DNA of 53,681 nucleotides from Armatimonadota bacterium (GCA_020028535.1 JAIBHM010000001.1:1-53681), one strand, 5' to 3'; positions 20,409 through 32,450 are shown, counted from the stretch's first letter. The notes: generated by a model from the sequence alone, not told the origin. Program-made: numbers and translations.

Positions 20409-21038
20409 ATGCGCGCGCGGCTGCGCACGTACTTCATCGCAGGACTCATCGTCTTTCTTCCCGTCGCCATCACGTTCAGCATCATCGTCTGGTTGTTCCG
20501 CATCGTGGACAGCTTTCTGGGATGGGCCCTCCCGCCGCTGTTTGGCTGGGCGTTTCCGGGGTTGGGTCTGGCGCTGTCCATCCTGGTCATCCTCGTGATC
20601 GGGGCGCTGGCCACCAACGTCCTGGGCCGCCGCGTGGTCGGGTTCTTCGAGCGCCTGATGCTGCGCATTCCGCTGGCACGGAGCATCTACTCAGCGACGA
20701 AATCTATCAGCGACAGCCTGTTCCTGCACCGGCGGGCGGCGTTCCGGACACCTGTGCTCATCGAATGGCCGCGCAAGGGAGGAATCTACCGGCTCGGCTT
20801 CGTGACAGGGGAGATCTCCGGCGTGCCCGAGGGCAGGGCGGTGAGTGTGTTCATTGTCGCGACCCCCAACCCGACCACCGGGTTCCTCGTCTTCGTGCCG
20901 CAGGCGGAGGCGAAGCCGCTCGACATGAGCGTGGAAGACGCGCTGAAAATCGTCATCTCCGGCGGCATCGTTGCGACCGACCTGCGCGTCGTCCCCGCAC
21001 CCGGTCCCGTCCGCACGGCTGCGGGGGAGGACCGCTGA
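20409..21038 (+). CDS. DUF502 family membrane protein
   Basis: Two N-terminal TM helices, then IPLARSIYSATKSISDS...GFVTGE...TPNPTTGF, which is typical of DUF502. Confidence 0.8.
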   Translation: MRARLRTYFIAGLIVFLPVAITFSIIVWLFRIVDSFLGWALPPLFGWAFPGLGLALSILVILVIGALATNVLGRRVVGFFERLMLRIPLARSIYSATKSISDSLFLHRRAAFRTPVLIEWPRKGGIYRLGFVTGEISGVPEGRAVSVFIVATPNPTTGFLVFVPQAEAKPLDMSVEDALKIVISGGIVATDLRVVPAPGPVRTAAGEDR

Positions 21039-21455
21039 GTGAGGAGCCGCTCAGGCGATGAGCGACTTGTCCGGGCGGCGGCGCAGGCGCGAAGAAACGC
21101 CTATGCGCCGTACTCGCGCTTCCGGGTGGGCGCGGCGGTCCTCACGCAGGATGGGTCGGTCTTTACGGGCGCGAACGTCGAGAACGCGTCGTATGGTCTC
21201 TCCCACTGCGCCGAGCGGGTGGCGATCCACAAGGCGGTCTCTGAGGGACACCGCACGATCACGACCGTGGCTGTGGTCGTCGTTGGGGAGGAGCCGGCCA
21301 TGCCGTGCGGCGCCTGCCGGCAAGTGATGGCCGAGTTCGGCGTACACCGGGTGATCGTCGCCACCCCGAGCGCCGTTCGACGGGTGCGGACCCTGAAGCA
21401 GCTCCTCGCAGAGCCGTTCTTGCCGGAGCGCCTGCTGGGGAAGAGACCCAGGTAG
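21039..21455 (+). CDS. cdd: cytidine deaminase
   Basis: AYAPYSRFRVGAAV...HCAERVAI...PCGACRQVMAEF are the zinc-ligand motifs. Confidence 0.9.
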   Translation: MRSRSGDERLVRAAAQARRNAYAPYSRFRVGAAVLTQDGSVFTGANVENASYGLSHCAERVAIHKAVSEGHRTITTVAVVVVGEEPAMPCGACRQVMAEFGVHRVIVATPSAVRRVRTLKQLLAEPFLPERLLGKRPR

Positions 21456-21456
21456 G

Positions 21457-22353
21457 ATGGCGCGGAGCGGCTTCGTTGCCCTCGCCGGCCGTTCCAACGT
21501 CGGGAAGTCCGCGCTGCTCAACCGCCTCGTCGGCGCCAAGGTCGCCATCACGGCCGCGGCGCCTCAGACCACCCGGACGCGTGTCCAGGGCGTCCTCACA
21601 CGTCCCGACGCCCAGATCATCTTCATCGACACGCCCGGCATCCACGACCCGCGGCACCGGTTGGGCGAGCGGATGGTGGCGCAGGCGCGGGAAGCGCTCA
21701 AAGACGCCGACGTCATCCTCGCAGTGTTCGACGCGTCCGTCCCTCTCACCGAGGAGGATCGTCTCACCGGAAGCCTGATCCGCCAGGCCGGCAAGCCGGC
21801 GGTGGCCGCCCTCAACAAGATCGACAAGATCGACCGCGTAAATCGCGATGAGGCAGAAGCGCGCAGGCGGGAGGTGCGCGATCTCGCGCCGTTTTCGTCG
21901 GTCGTCCCAGTGTCCGCGACGCGAGGGGGCGGAATCGATGGCCTGATCGAGGCTCTCGTTGCCCTTGTGCCTGAGGGGCCGCAGTACTTTCCTCCCGACA
22001 TGGTGACGGACCAGCCTGAGCAGTTTCTCGTGCGGGAGTTCATCCGCGAGCAGGCGATCGCCCTGACCCGCGAGGAGCTCCCCCACAGCGTGGCGGTGGA
22101 AATCGAGGAGTTCGAGGAACGTTCTGCCGACCTCGTGTACATCCGCGCCACCATCCACGTCGAGCGGGAATCGCACAAGAAGATGCTGATCGGGCGAGGG
22201 GGCCGGATGCTCAAGGAGATTGGCCGGCGGGCGAGAGCGGAGATCGAAGCCCTGCTCGGCCGACGCGTCTATCTCGACCTCTGGGTGAAGACGTCCAAGG
22301 ACTGGCGCGAGCGGGACGAGATGATTCGCGCCTTCTATCCGGAGCACCGCTGA
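21457..22353 (+). CDS. era: GTPase Era
   Basis: G1 GRSNVGKSALLN, G3 DTPG, G4 NKID, and a KH-domain C-terminus (LIGRGGRMLKEIG). Confidence 0.95.
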   Translation: MARSGFVALAGRSNVGKSALLNRLVGAKVAITAAAPQTTRTRVQGVLTRPDAQIIFIDTPGIHDPRHRLGERMVAQAREALKDADVILAVFDASVPLTEEDRLTGSLIRQAGKPAVAALNKIDKIDRVNRDEAEARRREVRDLAPFSSVVPVSATRGGGIDGLIEALVALVPEGPQYFPPDMVTDQPEQFLVREFIREQAIALTREELPHSVAVEIEEFEERSADLVYIRATIHVERESHKKMLIGRGGRMLKEIGRRARAEIEALLGRRVYLDLWVKTSKDWRERDEMIRAFYPEHR

Positions 22354-22414
22354 CAAGGGAAATCCCCACGAGCCGTGGAAAGCCGTGCGGGGCTTACGCC
22401 CCCGACACACGCGC

Positions 22415-23704
22415 ATGATCTACCTGAGCCGTCTCATCAACGCTGCGATCGTCGATGCCGAAGGCGTGCGTCTCGGCGCCCTCGGCGACATTGCCGTTGA
22501 CATTCGCGAGCCGCTGCCGCGCGTCACCGGATTGTGGCTGCGCGGCGATCGCAGCAAACTGGCGATTATCCCCTGGGACTTCGTCGCCGGGGTTCACGAC
22601 TCGGAAATCCGGCTTCGCGTCGCCCGCCATCACCTCCAGCCCCGTCCCCTGCAGCCTGAAGAGTTGCTCCTGGCAGGCGTCCTGGACACGCAGGTGGTGG
22701 ACACCGACGGTGTGAAAGTCGTGCGCGTCAACGACCTGCATCTGATGCCGGCGAACGGGGACGTGCGTCTCATCGCGGTGGACGTGGGCACCATGGGCCT
22801 GCTGCGCCGCCTGAACCTCGACCGGCCCGTGGACTGGCTGGCGCGCATGTTCAGCGGCCCGCTGCCCGACCGGGTCATCCCCTGGAAAATCGTCGCCGCG
22901 TTCGGGGGGCCGATGACTCCGGTCAAGCTGAGCGTCTCGCGGGAACGGCTGCGGGAGATCCACCCGGCAGACCTGGGTCAGTTGATGGAGGATCTGGACC
23001 GGGACGAGCGTGTCGAGGTGATGACCGTCCTGGAACACGAGGACGCGGCGGATGCGCTGGCCGAGGCCGACCCCGATGTCCAGTCGGACGTGATGAAGAG
23101 CCTGCCGAGCGAACTGGCCGCCGACATTCTCGAAGAGATGTCGCCTGACGACGCCACCGATGTCCTCACCGACCTGCCCGCAGCACGCGCCGAGGAGCTC
23201 ATCGGGCTGATGGGCCCCGAAGAAGCGGCCGATGTCAAAGAACTGCTGAAGTATCCGGAGGGGACGGCGGGGAGCGTGATGACGACGGAGTTCATCGCGC
23301 TGCCCGAAGGTCTCACCGCGGACCAGACGCTGGCGCGCCTGCGCGATCTCGCGCCGACCTCCGAGCACATTTACTACTTCTATGTGGTCGACGGGCAGCA
23401 CCGGCTGGCCGGCGTCCTTCCGCTGCGGGCGTTGATCGTCGCCCGGGCCGATCAGCCGATCGCCGGGATCATCACGCGCGACGTCATTTCCATCTTCGCC
23501 TACGATGAGGTGGAGAACGTCGCCGCCGCGCTGATCAAGTACGACCTCCTGGCGCTCCCGGTGGTGGACGAGATCAACCGGCTGGTCGGCGTCATCACCC
23601 TGGACGACATCATCGACGTCGTGGTGCGCAAGGGGCGCCGGCGGATTCCGATGCGCTTCAGGCGCAGGGCCGCCTCGACGCACGCGAGGGCCGTGACGCG
23701 CTGA
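22415..23704 (+). CDS. soluble PRC-barrel(x2) / MgtE_N / CBS-pair protein: an MgtE cytoplasmic module without the MgtE membrane domain
   Basis: N-terminal PRC-barrel-like repeats (AIVDAEGVRLG...; VVDTDGVKVVRVNDL). An acidic MgtE_N helical domain (IHPADLGQLMEDLDRDERV...EEMSPDDATDVL). A CBS pair (GSVMTTEF...VVDGQHRLAGVL...LPVVDEINRLVGVITLDDI). It ends just after the CBS pair with no TM segment. TGATG overlap with the next gene. Confidence 0.85.
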   Translation: MIYLSRLINAAIVDAEGVRLGALGDIAVDIREPLPRVTGLWLRGDRSKLAIIPWDFVAGVHDSEIRLRVARHHLQPRPLQPEELLLAGVLDTQVVDTDGVKVVRVNDLHLMPANGDVRLIAVDVGTMGLLRRLNLDRPVDWLARMFSGPLPDRVIPWKIVAAFGGPMTPVKLSVSRERLREIHPADLGQLMEDLDRDERVEVMTVLEHEDAADALAEADPDVQSDVMKSLPSELAADILEEMSPDDATDVLTDLPAARAEELIGLMGPEEAADVKELLKYPEGTAGSVMTTEFIALPEGLTADQTLARLRDLAPTSEHIYYFYVVDGQHRLAGVLPLRALIVARADQPIAGIITRDVISIFAYDEVENVAAALIKYDLLALPVVDEINRLVGVITLDDIIDVVVRKGRRRIPMRFRRRAASTHARAVTR

Positions 23705-24948
23705 TGGGGGGGTGGCTACGGCAGCGCTGGGCCCGCCTGGCGATTTTCCTCGCGGTGATGGGCCCCGGAATCATCACGGGCAACGTCGACAACGACGCGA
23801 ACGGCATCGCCACCTACTCTGTTGCCGGCGCGCACTTCGGCTACGGCCTGCTGTGGACCCTCGTGCTCTCCACCGTCGCCCTCGCGCTCGTCCAGGAGAT
23901 GGTGGCGCGTATGGGCGCCGTCACCGGCAAAGGACTGGCCGATCTCATCCGCGAGCGATTCCGCGCGCGGCTCACCGTCTTCGTGATGGTGGTGCTGGTG
24001 CTGGCCAACTGGGCCAACACGATCGGCGACTTCGCCGGCGTGGCGGGGGCCATGGAGATTTTCGGGGTCAGCCGCTATTTCGCGCTGCCGCTCGCGGCGC
24101 TCTTCGTGTGGCTGCTCGTCGTGCGCGGGAGCTTACGGCTGGTGGAACGGGTCTTTCTGGGGGCGACCCTGATCTACGTCACGTACGTCGTCTCCGCGAT
24201 TCTGGCCCGGCCCCCGTGGGGGGAGGTGCTGCGGGCCGTGGTCACACCGACCTGGCAGTTCGACCGGCCCTACGTCGCCCTGGTGATCGGGTTGATCGGC
24301 ACCACCATTGCGCCGTGGATGCAGTTCTACCAGCAGGCGGCGGTGGTGGACAAGGGCATTCGGGAGCAGGACTACGGCTACGCCAGACTGGACACGTATC
24401 TCGGCGTCATCTCGCTCAACGTCGTGGCGTTTTTCATTGTCGTGGCCTGCGGCGCCACGCTCTTCGCGCGCGGCGTGACGATCCAGGATGCCGCCGACGC
24501 CGCGGTGGCCCTCAGACCGCTCGCCGGTCCCTATGCCGCCGGGCTGTTTGCGATCGGATTACTCAACGCCGGGTTGTTCTCGGTCGCGATCATCCCGCTG
24601 TCCACCGCCTATGCCGTGTGTGAGGCGTTCGGATGGGAAGCCGGATTGGACCGCAGCCCGCGGGAGGCGCCGGTCTTCGTGGGATTGTTCACGGGACTGA
24701 TCGTGGCCTCGGCGCTGGTGATCCTCATCCCCGGCATTCCGCTCATCCCGGTCATGCTCTTCTCGCAGGTCCTCAACGGGATGCTCCTGCCGTTTGTGCT
24801 GTTCTTCATCATCCTGCTCACCAGCGATCGCGAACTCATGGGCCGATATCGCAACACACCAGTGTTCTCGCTGATTTCTTGGGTGCTGGTGATGGTGCTG
24901 GCAGCGCTCAGCCTGCTCCTCATCGTCGTGACGCTCTTCGGCGCCTGA
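23704..24948 (+). CDS. NRAMP-related transporter with a non-canonical metal-binding site (NRMT-like)
   Basis: About 11 TM helices. The TM1 region GPGIITGNVDNDANGIATYS has D-A-N-G where NRAMPs have D-P-G-N. The TM6 region GTTIAPWMQFYQQ has A-P-W where NRAMPs have M-P-H. Confidence 0.85.
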   Translation: MGGWLRQRWARLAIFLAVMGPGIITGNVDNDANGIATYSVAGAHFGYGLLWTLVLSTVALALVQEMVARMGAVTGKGLADLIRERFRARLTVFVMVVLVLANWANTIGDFAGVAGAMEIFGVSRYFALPLAALFVWLLVVRGSLRLVERVFLGATLIYVTYVVSAILARPPWGEVLRAVVTPTWQFDRPYVALVIGLIGTTIAPWMQFYQQAAVVDKGIREQDYGYARLDTYLGVISLNVVAFFIVVACGATLFARGVTIQDAADAAVALRPLAGPYAAGLFAIGLLNAGLFSVAIIPLSTAYAVCEAFGWEAGLDRSPREAPVFVGLFTGLIVASALVILIPGIPLIPVMLFSQVLNGMLLPFVLFFIILLTSDRELMGRYRNTPVFSLISWVLVMVLAALSLLLIVVTLFGA

Positions 24949-24950
24949 TA

Positions 24951-25697
24951 ATGCCCGTCTACAAAACCGAGGCCATCGTGATCCGGCGGGCCAATCTCGG
25001 CGAGGCCGACCGCATTCTGACGCTGTTCACCAGGGAGTATGGGAAACTCGCCGCCGTGGCAAAGGGCGCGCGCAAACCCCGCAGCCGGTTCGCCGGGCGC
25101 CTGGAACTGTTCACGCAGTTGCGCGCACTGCTGGCCCGGGGCCGCACGCTGGATGTGGTCTCGCAGGTGGACGTGATCGATCCGTTCGCCGCGCTCCGCG
25201 CGGATCTCGCTCGGATGGGTGCGGCCTCGTTCGTCGCCGAGGTCACCGACAAGGCGACACCCGACCGCGAAGCGCAGCCCGCGATCTATTCCGTCCTCCG
25301 CCAGGGGCTCCGGATGATCGCGGCAAGCGACCCCGGGATGGCCGTGATGTGGTACGCGGCGCAGATCCTCAGCCTCTCTGGTTACGGGCCGGTCGTAGAT
25401 CGATGCGTGGTCTGTGGGAAGATGGTCGCCGGCCCGGGGGCGTTCAGCTTCTCCCTGGGGGGGAGTGTGTGCGGGGCCGACCGCGGACGAGACCCCGAGG
25501 CCGTGCCGGCTTCGGCAGTCGCGCTCGCAGCGATCGGGTTCCTGCGCGAAGCCTCTGCGGCTGCGCTGTCGCGCATCTCGTTGCAGCGGCGGCAGCGCGC
25601 CGAAGTGGAAGGTTTGCTGCGCCGCTATCTCGAGTACCGTCTGGAAGCGAAGCTCCGGAGCCCACCGGTGATCGAGCGGCTGAGCCGCCCGACCTGA
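24951..25697 (+). CDS. recO: DNA repair protein RecO
   Basis: The ATG at 24951 gives MPVYKTEAIVIRRANLGEADRILTLFT (OB fold). CVVCG... is the zinc-finger-like region. The track ORF from 24633 is an upstream extension. Confidence 0.9.
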   Translation: MPVYKTEAIVIRRANLGEADRILTLFTREYGKLAAVAKGARKPRSRFAGRLELFTQLRALLARGRTLDVVSQVDVIDPFAALRADLARMGAASFVAEVTDKATPDREAQPAIYSVLRQGLRMIAASDPGMAVMWYAAQILSLSGYGPVVDRCVVCGKMVAGPGAFSFSLGGSVCGADRGRDPEAVPASAVALAAIGFLREASAAALSRISLQRRQRAEVEGLLRRYLEYRLEAKLRSPPVIERLSRPT

Positions 25698-25703
25698 TCC
25701 CCG

Positions 25704-25964
25704 CTAGTCGTCCTTGACGACGGTGGTGCTGCTTCCCCCACCCGAGGCCGCGATGGCGATCACGGCGATCAAGACGACCAGCGCGAGGATGAGGACGAGC
25801 GTTGTGCTCATGCCGCCGCCACGACCGTCAGGTGCGGAGGGCGCGGGTGCTAACGGGGCGGGTGTTCCACCGCCGGGCGGATTGGGCTGGGTTTCCTGCG
25901 CCAGAACCGCGCCGAAAGATACGAAGGTCAGAAGCAGGGTCAAGACAACGGCCAGTGCTCGCAT
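25704..25964 (-). CDS. hypothetical small secreted/membrane-anchored protein
   Basis: Signal peptide MRALAVVLTLLLTFVSFGAVLAQ, a Pro/Gly-rich linker and a C-terminal TM helix. GGAGG sits 8 nt upstream of the ATG at 25964. No family recognised. Confidence 0.5.
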   Translation of the reverse strand: MRALAVVLTLLLTFVSFGAVLAQETQPNPPGGGTPAPLAPAPSAPDGRGGGMSTTLVLILALVVLIAVIAIAASGGGSSTTVVKDD

Positions 25965-26018
25965 CAGCAAAACCTCCGTGAACTAGATTGAAAACAATTT
26001 TCCCGCAGGGCGTCGGGG

Positions 26019-26056
26019 GGTAACCTAGGGGGTAACCTATAGGTACGTGGTATAGT
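26019..26056 (+). promoter_or_regulatory. direct repeats plus a palindrome overlapping an extended -10 promoter
   Basis: GGTAACCTA occurs at 26019-26027 and again at 26031-26039 (12-bp period). ACCTATAGGT at 26035-26044 is a perfect 10-bp palindrome. TGgTATAGT lies at 26048-26056. Confidence 0.3.
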
Positions 26057-26068
26057 AAATTTACGGAG

Positions 26069-26335
26069 GTGAGTGTCGTGGACATCGACCTGGAGCGGGC
26101 GCGCCGTGCGCTGACGCAGCTGGGGACAGCGCTTGAGGAGGCCCGCGGCGTCATGCGGTTCGGTCCTGAGGGCACGGTACGCATCAAAACGGATGACAGA
26201 GTGATCAATCTGCCCGTCTCGTGGGCGGTGGCGGGTGCCGTCGCGTTCCTCGTCGCCGCGATCCTGTCCACGGTACCCACGCCGTCGATCCGGCGGCGTC
26301 GAGATCGTGAAGAGGAGCCGCTCGGGATCGGATAG
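26069..26335 (+). CDS. hypothetical small membrane protein
   Basis: A GGAGG RBS is present. The likely start is the GTG at 26078. There is one C-terminal TM helix (WAVAGAVAFLVAAILSTV) followed by a basic tail. No family recognised. Confidence 0.45.
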   Translation: MSVVDIDLERARRALTQLGTALEEARGVMRFGPEGTVRIKTDDRVINLPVSWAVAGAVAFLVAAILSTVPTPSIRRRRDREEEPLGIG

Positions 26336-26404
26336 GCGCGCAGCCGCTTTTTGGCCGTTGCGCGATGCCGCAACGGCAGTGTAGACTGGCCACGTATTAC
26401 GAGA

Positions 26405-26566
26405 GTATTGCGCGAAGAGGGAGAGGGCACTCCTGAGCGCGACGGCCCGCCACCGTGATCGGGCGGAGAGGTGCAGTCCCGGTCGCACGCACGCGCCGGG
26501 ATCTGAATCAGGGTGGAACCGCGGAGCCCTCCGTCCCTGGGGACGGATGGGCATCGTTGTTTTTAG
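26405..26566 (+). promoter_or_regulatory. T-box riboswitch leader (glycine) with intrinsic terminator
   Basis: The T-box sequence AATCAGGGTGGAACCGCG lies at 26506-26523. The terminator hairpin is GCCCTCCGTCC/GGACGGATGGGC at 26526-26552, followed by a T-tract (TTGTTTTT) ending at 26564. Stem-I-like elements (GAAGAGGGAGAG, AGCGCGA, GTGA loop) lie upstream. It is directly upstream of glyQS. Confidence 0.8.
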
Positions 26567-26580
26567 GGGGAGGCGGCGGC

Positions 26581-27513
26581 ATGACGTTCCAGGACGTAAT
26601 CTTCGCCCTCCAGCGATACTGGGCGGCGCGGGGCTGCGTGATCGAGCAGCCATACGACGCCGAGGTCGGCGCCGGCACAATGCACCCGGCCACCTTTCTC
26701 CGCGCCCTCGGTCCTGAGCCGTGGCGTGTGGGATACGTGCAGCCCTCCCGGCGGCCGGCAGACGGCCGCTACGGCGAGAATCCCAACCGCCTGTTCAAGC
26801 ACTATCAATACCAGGTCGTCCTCAAGCCGTCTCCGGATGACGTCCAGGACGTGTACCTGGCGAGCCTTCGCGAGCTCGGCATCAACCCCCGCGAGCACGA
26901 CATCCGCTTCCTCGAGGACGATTGGGAGGCGCCCATGCTCGGGGCTTCGGGGCTGGGGTGGCAGGTGTTCCTGGATGGACAGGAGATCACGCAGTATACG
27001 TACTTTCAGCAGATGGGCGGGATGGAGACGCGTCCGGTCTCGGTGGAGATCACCTACGGCGTGGAGCGCATCACGATGTTCCTCCAGCGCAAGGCCAGCG
27101 TGTTCGAGATCGAGTGGGCGCCCGGAATTACCTACGGTGAGATCCGCCTTCAGGATGAGGCGGAGCAGTCGCGTTACGGCTTCGACGAAGCCGACGTGGC
27201 GATGGTGCGCACGTGGTTCGAGGGAAGCGAAGCTGAGGCGCACCGGCTTCTGGACAGACAGCTCGTCATGCCGGCCTACGACTACGTGCTGAAATGCTCG
27301 CACCTCTTCAACCTCCTCGAGGCGCGAGGGGCCGTAGGCGTCGCCGAGCGGACGACCCTAATGGCCCGCACCCGGCAGCTTGCGCGGCGCTGCGCGGAAC
27401 GATATGTCGCACGGCGGGAAGAGTTGGGGTTTCCGCTGAGGGAGAGAACGGCCGCGCAGACACCTACGGCCAAGCGGAGGAAGCCTGCGCGGCGGAATAG
27501 CGGGCGTGGCTGA
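26581..27513 (+). CDS. glyQ: glycine--tRNA ligase alpha subunit
   Basis: The ATG at 26581 gives [37 protein letters not shown]. The track ORF from 26455 runs through the T-box leader. Confidence 0.95.
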   Translation: MTFQDVIFALQRYWAARGCVIEQPYDAEVGAGTMHPATFLRALGPEPWRVGYVQPSRRPADGRYGENPNRLFKHYQYQVVLKPSPDDVQDVYLASLRELGINPREHDIRFLEDDWEAPMLGASGLGWQVFLDGQEITQYTYFQQMGGMETRPVSVEITYGVERITMFLQRKASVFEIEWAPGITYGEIRLQDEAEQSRYGFDEADVAMVRTWFEGSEAEAHRLLDRQLVMPAYDYVLKCSHLFNLLEARGAVGVAERTTLMARTRQLARRCAERYVARREELGFPLRERTAAQTPTAKRRKPARRNSGRG

Positions 27514-29641
27514 TCTCCTTCTGGAAGTCGGGACAGAAGAGCTTCCTCCGGGCGATATCGGTCCCGCGATGGCCCAGCTGGGCGACGCGATCGCTGCCGC
27601 GCTCAAGGAACTACGCCTCGAATCAGGTGCCCTCACCACCTATGCCACCCCCCGGCGCCTTGCGGTGCACGTGAAGGACGTGGCAGACCGTCAGCGTCCC
27701 GACGAGCGTCGGGTGCGCGGCCCGGCGGCAACTGCCGCGTTCGATTCCCAGGGACGGCCGACCCCGGCTGCGCAGGGGTTTGCCCGCAGCCAGGGCGTGC
27801 CCGTCGAGAGTCTCGAGATGGTGGAAGAGACCGGTGGACGCCGGTATGTCGTCGCCGTGAAGAAAGAGCAGGGCAACCACGCGACCGATGTGCTGCCCGG
27901 TCCCATAGCGGCCGCGATCACCAATCTGACATTCACGAAGACTATGCGCTGGGGAAGTGGAGACACGAGATTTGCCCGTCCCATCCGCTGGCTGATCGCG
28001 CTGTTGGGCACGCAGGTCCTGCCGCTGGAAGTCGCCGGCGTTCGCGCAGGCCGGACCACATACGGACACCGCGCCCTCGCCCCGGGGCCTCGTCCGATCC
28101 GCCGTCCGGACGACTATGTCGCTGCGCTCGCTGCGGCGAAAGTGATGGTGGATCCCGCGCAGCGCCGGAAGAGCATTCAGCAGCAGGCACTGCGGCTCGA
28201 GGAGCAGGTCAAAGGGCGTGTCCTGCTCGACCCCCGCCTCCTCCAGGAAACAGTGATGAGCGTGGAATACCCGTACGCGCTGCGGGGCGCGTTCGATCGC
28301 GGGTTCCTGTCGCTTCCTCGCGAAGTGCTCGTCACCGTGATGCAGCACCACCAGAAATACTTTCCGGTCGAAGATGCACAGGTGAGACTGCTGCCGGTGT
28401 TCATCGCGGTGCGGGATGGCGGCGCAACGCATGCCGCGACGGTGCGCCAGGGGCACGAGTGGGTGCTGGCTGCCCGGCTGGCTGATGCGAAGTTTTTCTT
28501 TCAGGAAGACCGCAAGAAACGCTTGGAAGAGTACGTGCCGTGGCTCGACGGGCTCGTCTTTCAGGCGCAGCTGGGGACGATCGGCGACAAGACCCGCCGC
28601 CTGGTCGCGCTGAGCAAAGCGCTGGCGTCGCTCGTCCCGCTGGACGGCCGGACGGCCGAATCGTTGGAGCGCGCCGCGTTCCTGTGCAAGGCGGATCTGG
28701 TGACGCGCCTGGTGGGGGAGTTTCCGGAGCTGCAGGGTACGATCGGCCAAATTTATGCCAGCCTCGACGGCGAAGCCACGGACGTGGCACGGGCAATCGG
28801 CGAGCACTACCGTCCGGTGGGCGCCGGCGACAGCGCTCCAAAAACCCACCTCGGCGCACTGCTCGGCCTGCTCGATAAGTCCGACACCCTGGTCGGTGCG
28901 ATCGGCGCCGGACTCATGCCGACCGGCTCTCAGGATCCGTACGGGCTGCGTCGGGCGGCCCAAGGGGTCGTCGAGATCGTGCTCATGCTCCGTTTGAGGT
29001 TGCACCTGCTCAAGTTTCTTGAGCAGGTGCGAACGCAATACACGCTGCAGAATCTTCCCGGCGACAAGGCCAGGCCGGCTGCCGGTCTCTCCGGTGCCCC
29101 GGAACAAGTCATCGAGTTGCTCCGCCAGCGGGTGCGTTCAACGCTGATCGAGCGCGGCATTCGATACGACGTGGCCGATGCGGCGCTTGCGGTCAGCGGC
29201 GACGACCTGCTCGGGGCGGCGTCGCGCGCCGAGGCGATCACCGCCATCGCCACGCGGCCGGAGTTCGCTTCACTCTACGTCGCCTACGACCGGGCCTCGC
29301 GCATCCTCGGCCGCGCCGCTGCCGACGGCATCGATCCCGCGCTGTTCGAGGCGCCGGTGGAGCGGACCCTGTACGAGACGGTGCAGAGGGTGGAGCAGCC
29401 TGTGGCGCAGGCCGCGGGCGGCGGCGACTACGGCGCGGCCCTGGAGCGCCTGCAGCCTCTCGTCCGGCCCGTGAACCAGATCTTCGACGACGTCCTTATC
29501 ATGGCGCCCGATCCGCGCGTGCGCGCCAACCGGCTGGCGCTGATGCGGTCCGTCGTGGACGTATTCAGGCATGTGGCCGATTTCTCGAAGATCGTGATGA
29601 GTGAAGACGAGAAGAAGGCCGGAATGAGGACTAGGGAATAA
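27506..29641 (+). CDS. glyS: glycine--tRNA ligase beta subunit
   Basis: [15 protein letters not shown]... GTG start overlapping the glyQ stop. Confidence 0.95.
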   Translation: MADLLLEVGTEELPPGDIGPAMAQLGDAIAAALKELRLESGALTTYATPRRLAVHVKDVADRQRPDERRVRGPAATAAFDSQGRPTPAAQGFARSQGVPVESLEMVEETGGRRYVVAVKKEQGNHATDVLPGPIAAAITNLTFTKTMRWGSGDTRFARPIRWLIALLGTQVLPLEVAGVRAGRTTYGHRALAPGPRPIRRPDDYVAALAAAKVMVDPAQRRKSIQQQALRLEEQVKGRVLLDPRLLQETVMSVEYPYALRGAFDRGFLSLPREVLVTVMQHHQKYFPVEDAQVRLLPVFIAVRDGGATHAATVRQGHEWVLAARLADAKFFFQEDRKKRLEEYVPWLDGLVFQAQLGTIGDKTRRLVALSKALASLVPLDGRTAESLERAAFLCKADLVTRLVGEFPELQGTIGQIYASLDGEATDVARAIGEHYRPVGAGDSAPKTHLGALLGLLDKSDTLVGAIGAGLMPTGSQDPYGLRRAAQGVVEIVLMLRLRLHLLKFLEQVRTQYTLQNLPGDKARPAAGLSGAPEQVIELLRQRVRSTLIERGIRYDVADAALAVSGDDLLGAASRAEAITAIATRPEFASLYVAYDRASRILGRAAADGIDPALFEAPVERTLYETVQRVEQPVAQAAGGGDYGAALERLQPLVRPVNQIFDDVLIMAPDPRVRANRLALMRSVVDVFRHVADFSKIVMSEDEKKAGMRTRE

Positions 29642-29705
29642 GAACGCGATTCGGTATGATGGTAGTTGTTTGTCCGCACGTCTAGATCCGCCGTTGAGGT
29701 GAGCG

Positions 29706-32446
<2,741 letters not shown>

Positions 32447-32450
<4 letters not shown>

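Noticed and set aside
22354-22414. A possible M-box (Mg2+) riboswitch upstream of the MgtE_N-CBS gene.
   Set aside because: Only ~60 nt are available between era and the start codon, far too short for an M-box. No conserved M-box elements were seen.
26455-26580. An upstream extension of the glyQ ORF.
   Set aside because: It runs through the T-box leader and terminator. The ATG at 26581 has a strong RBS and gives the conserved GlyQ N-terminus.
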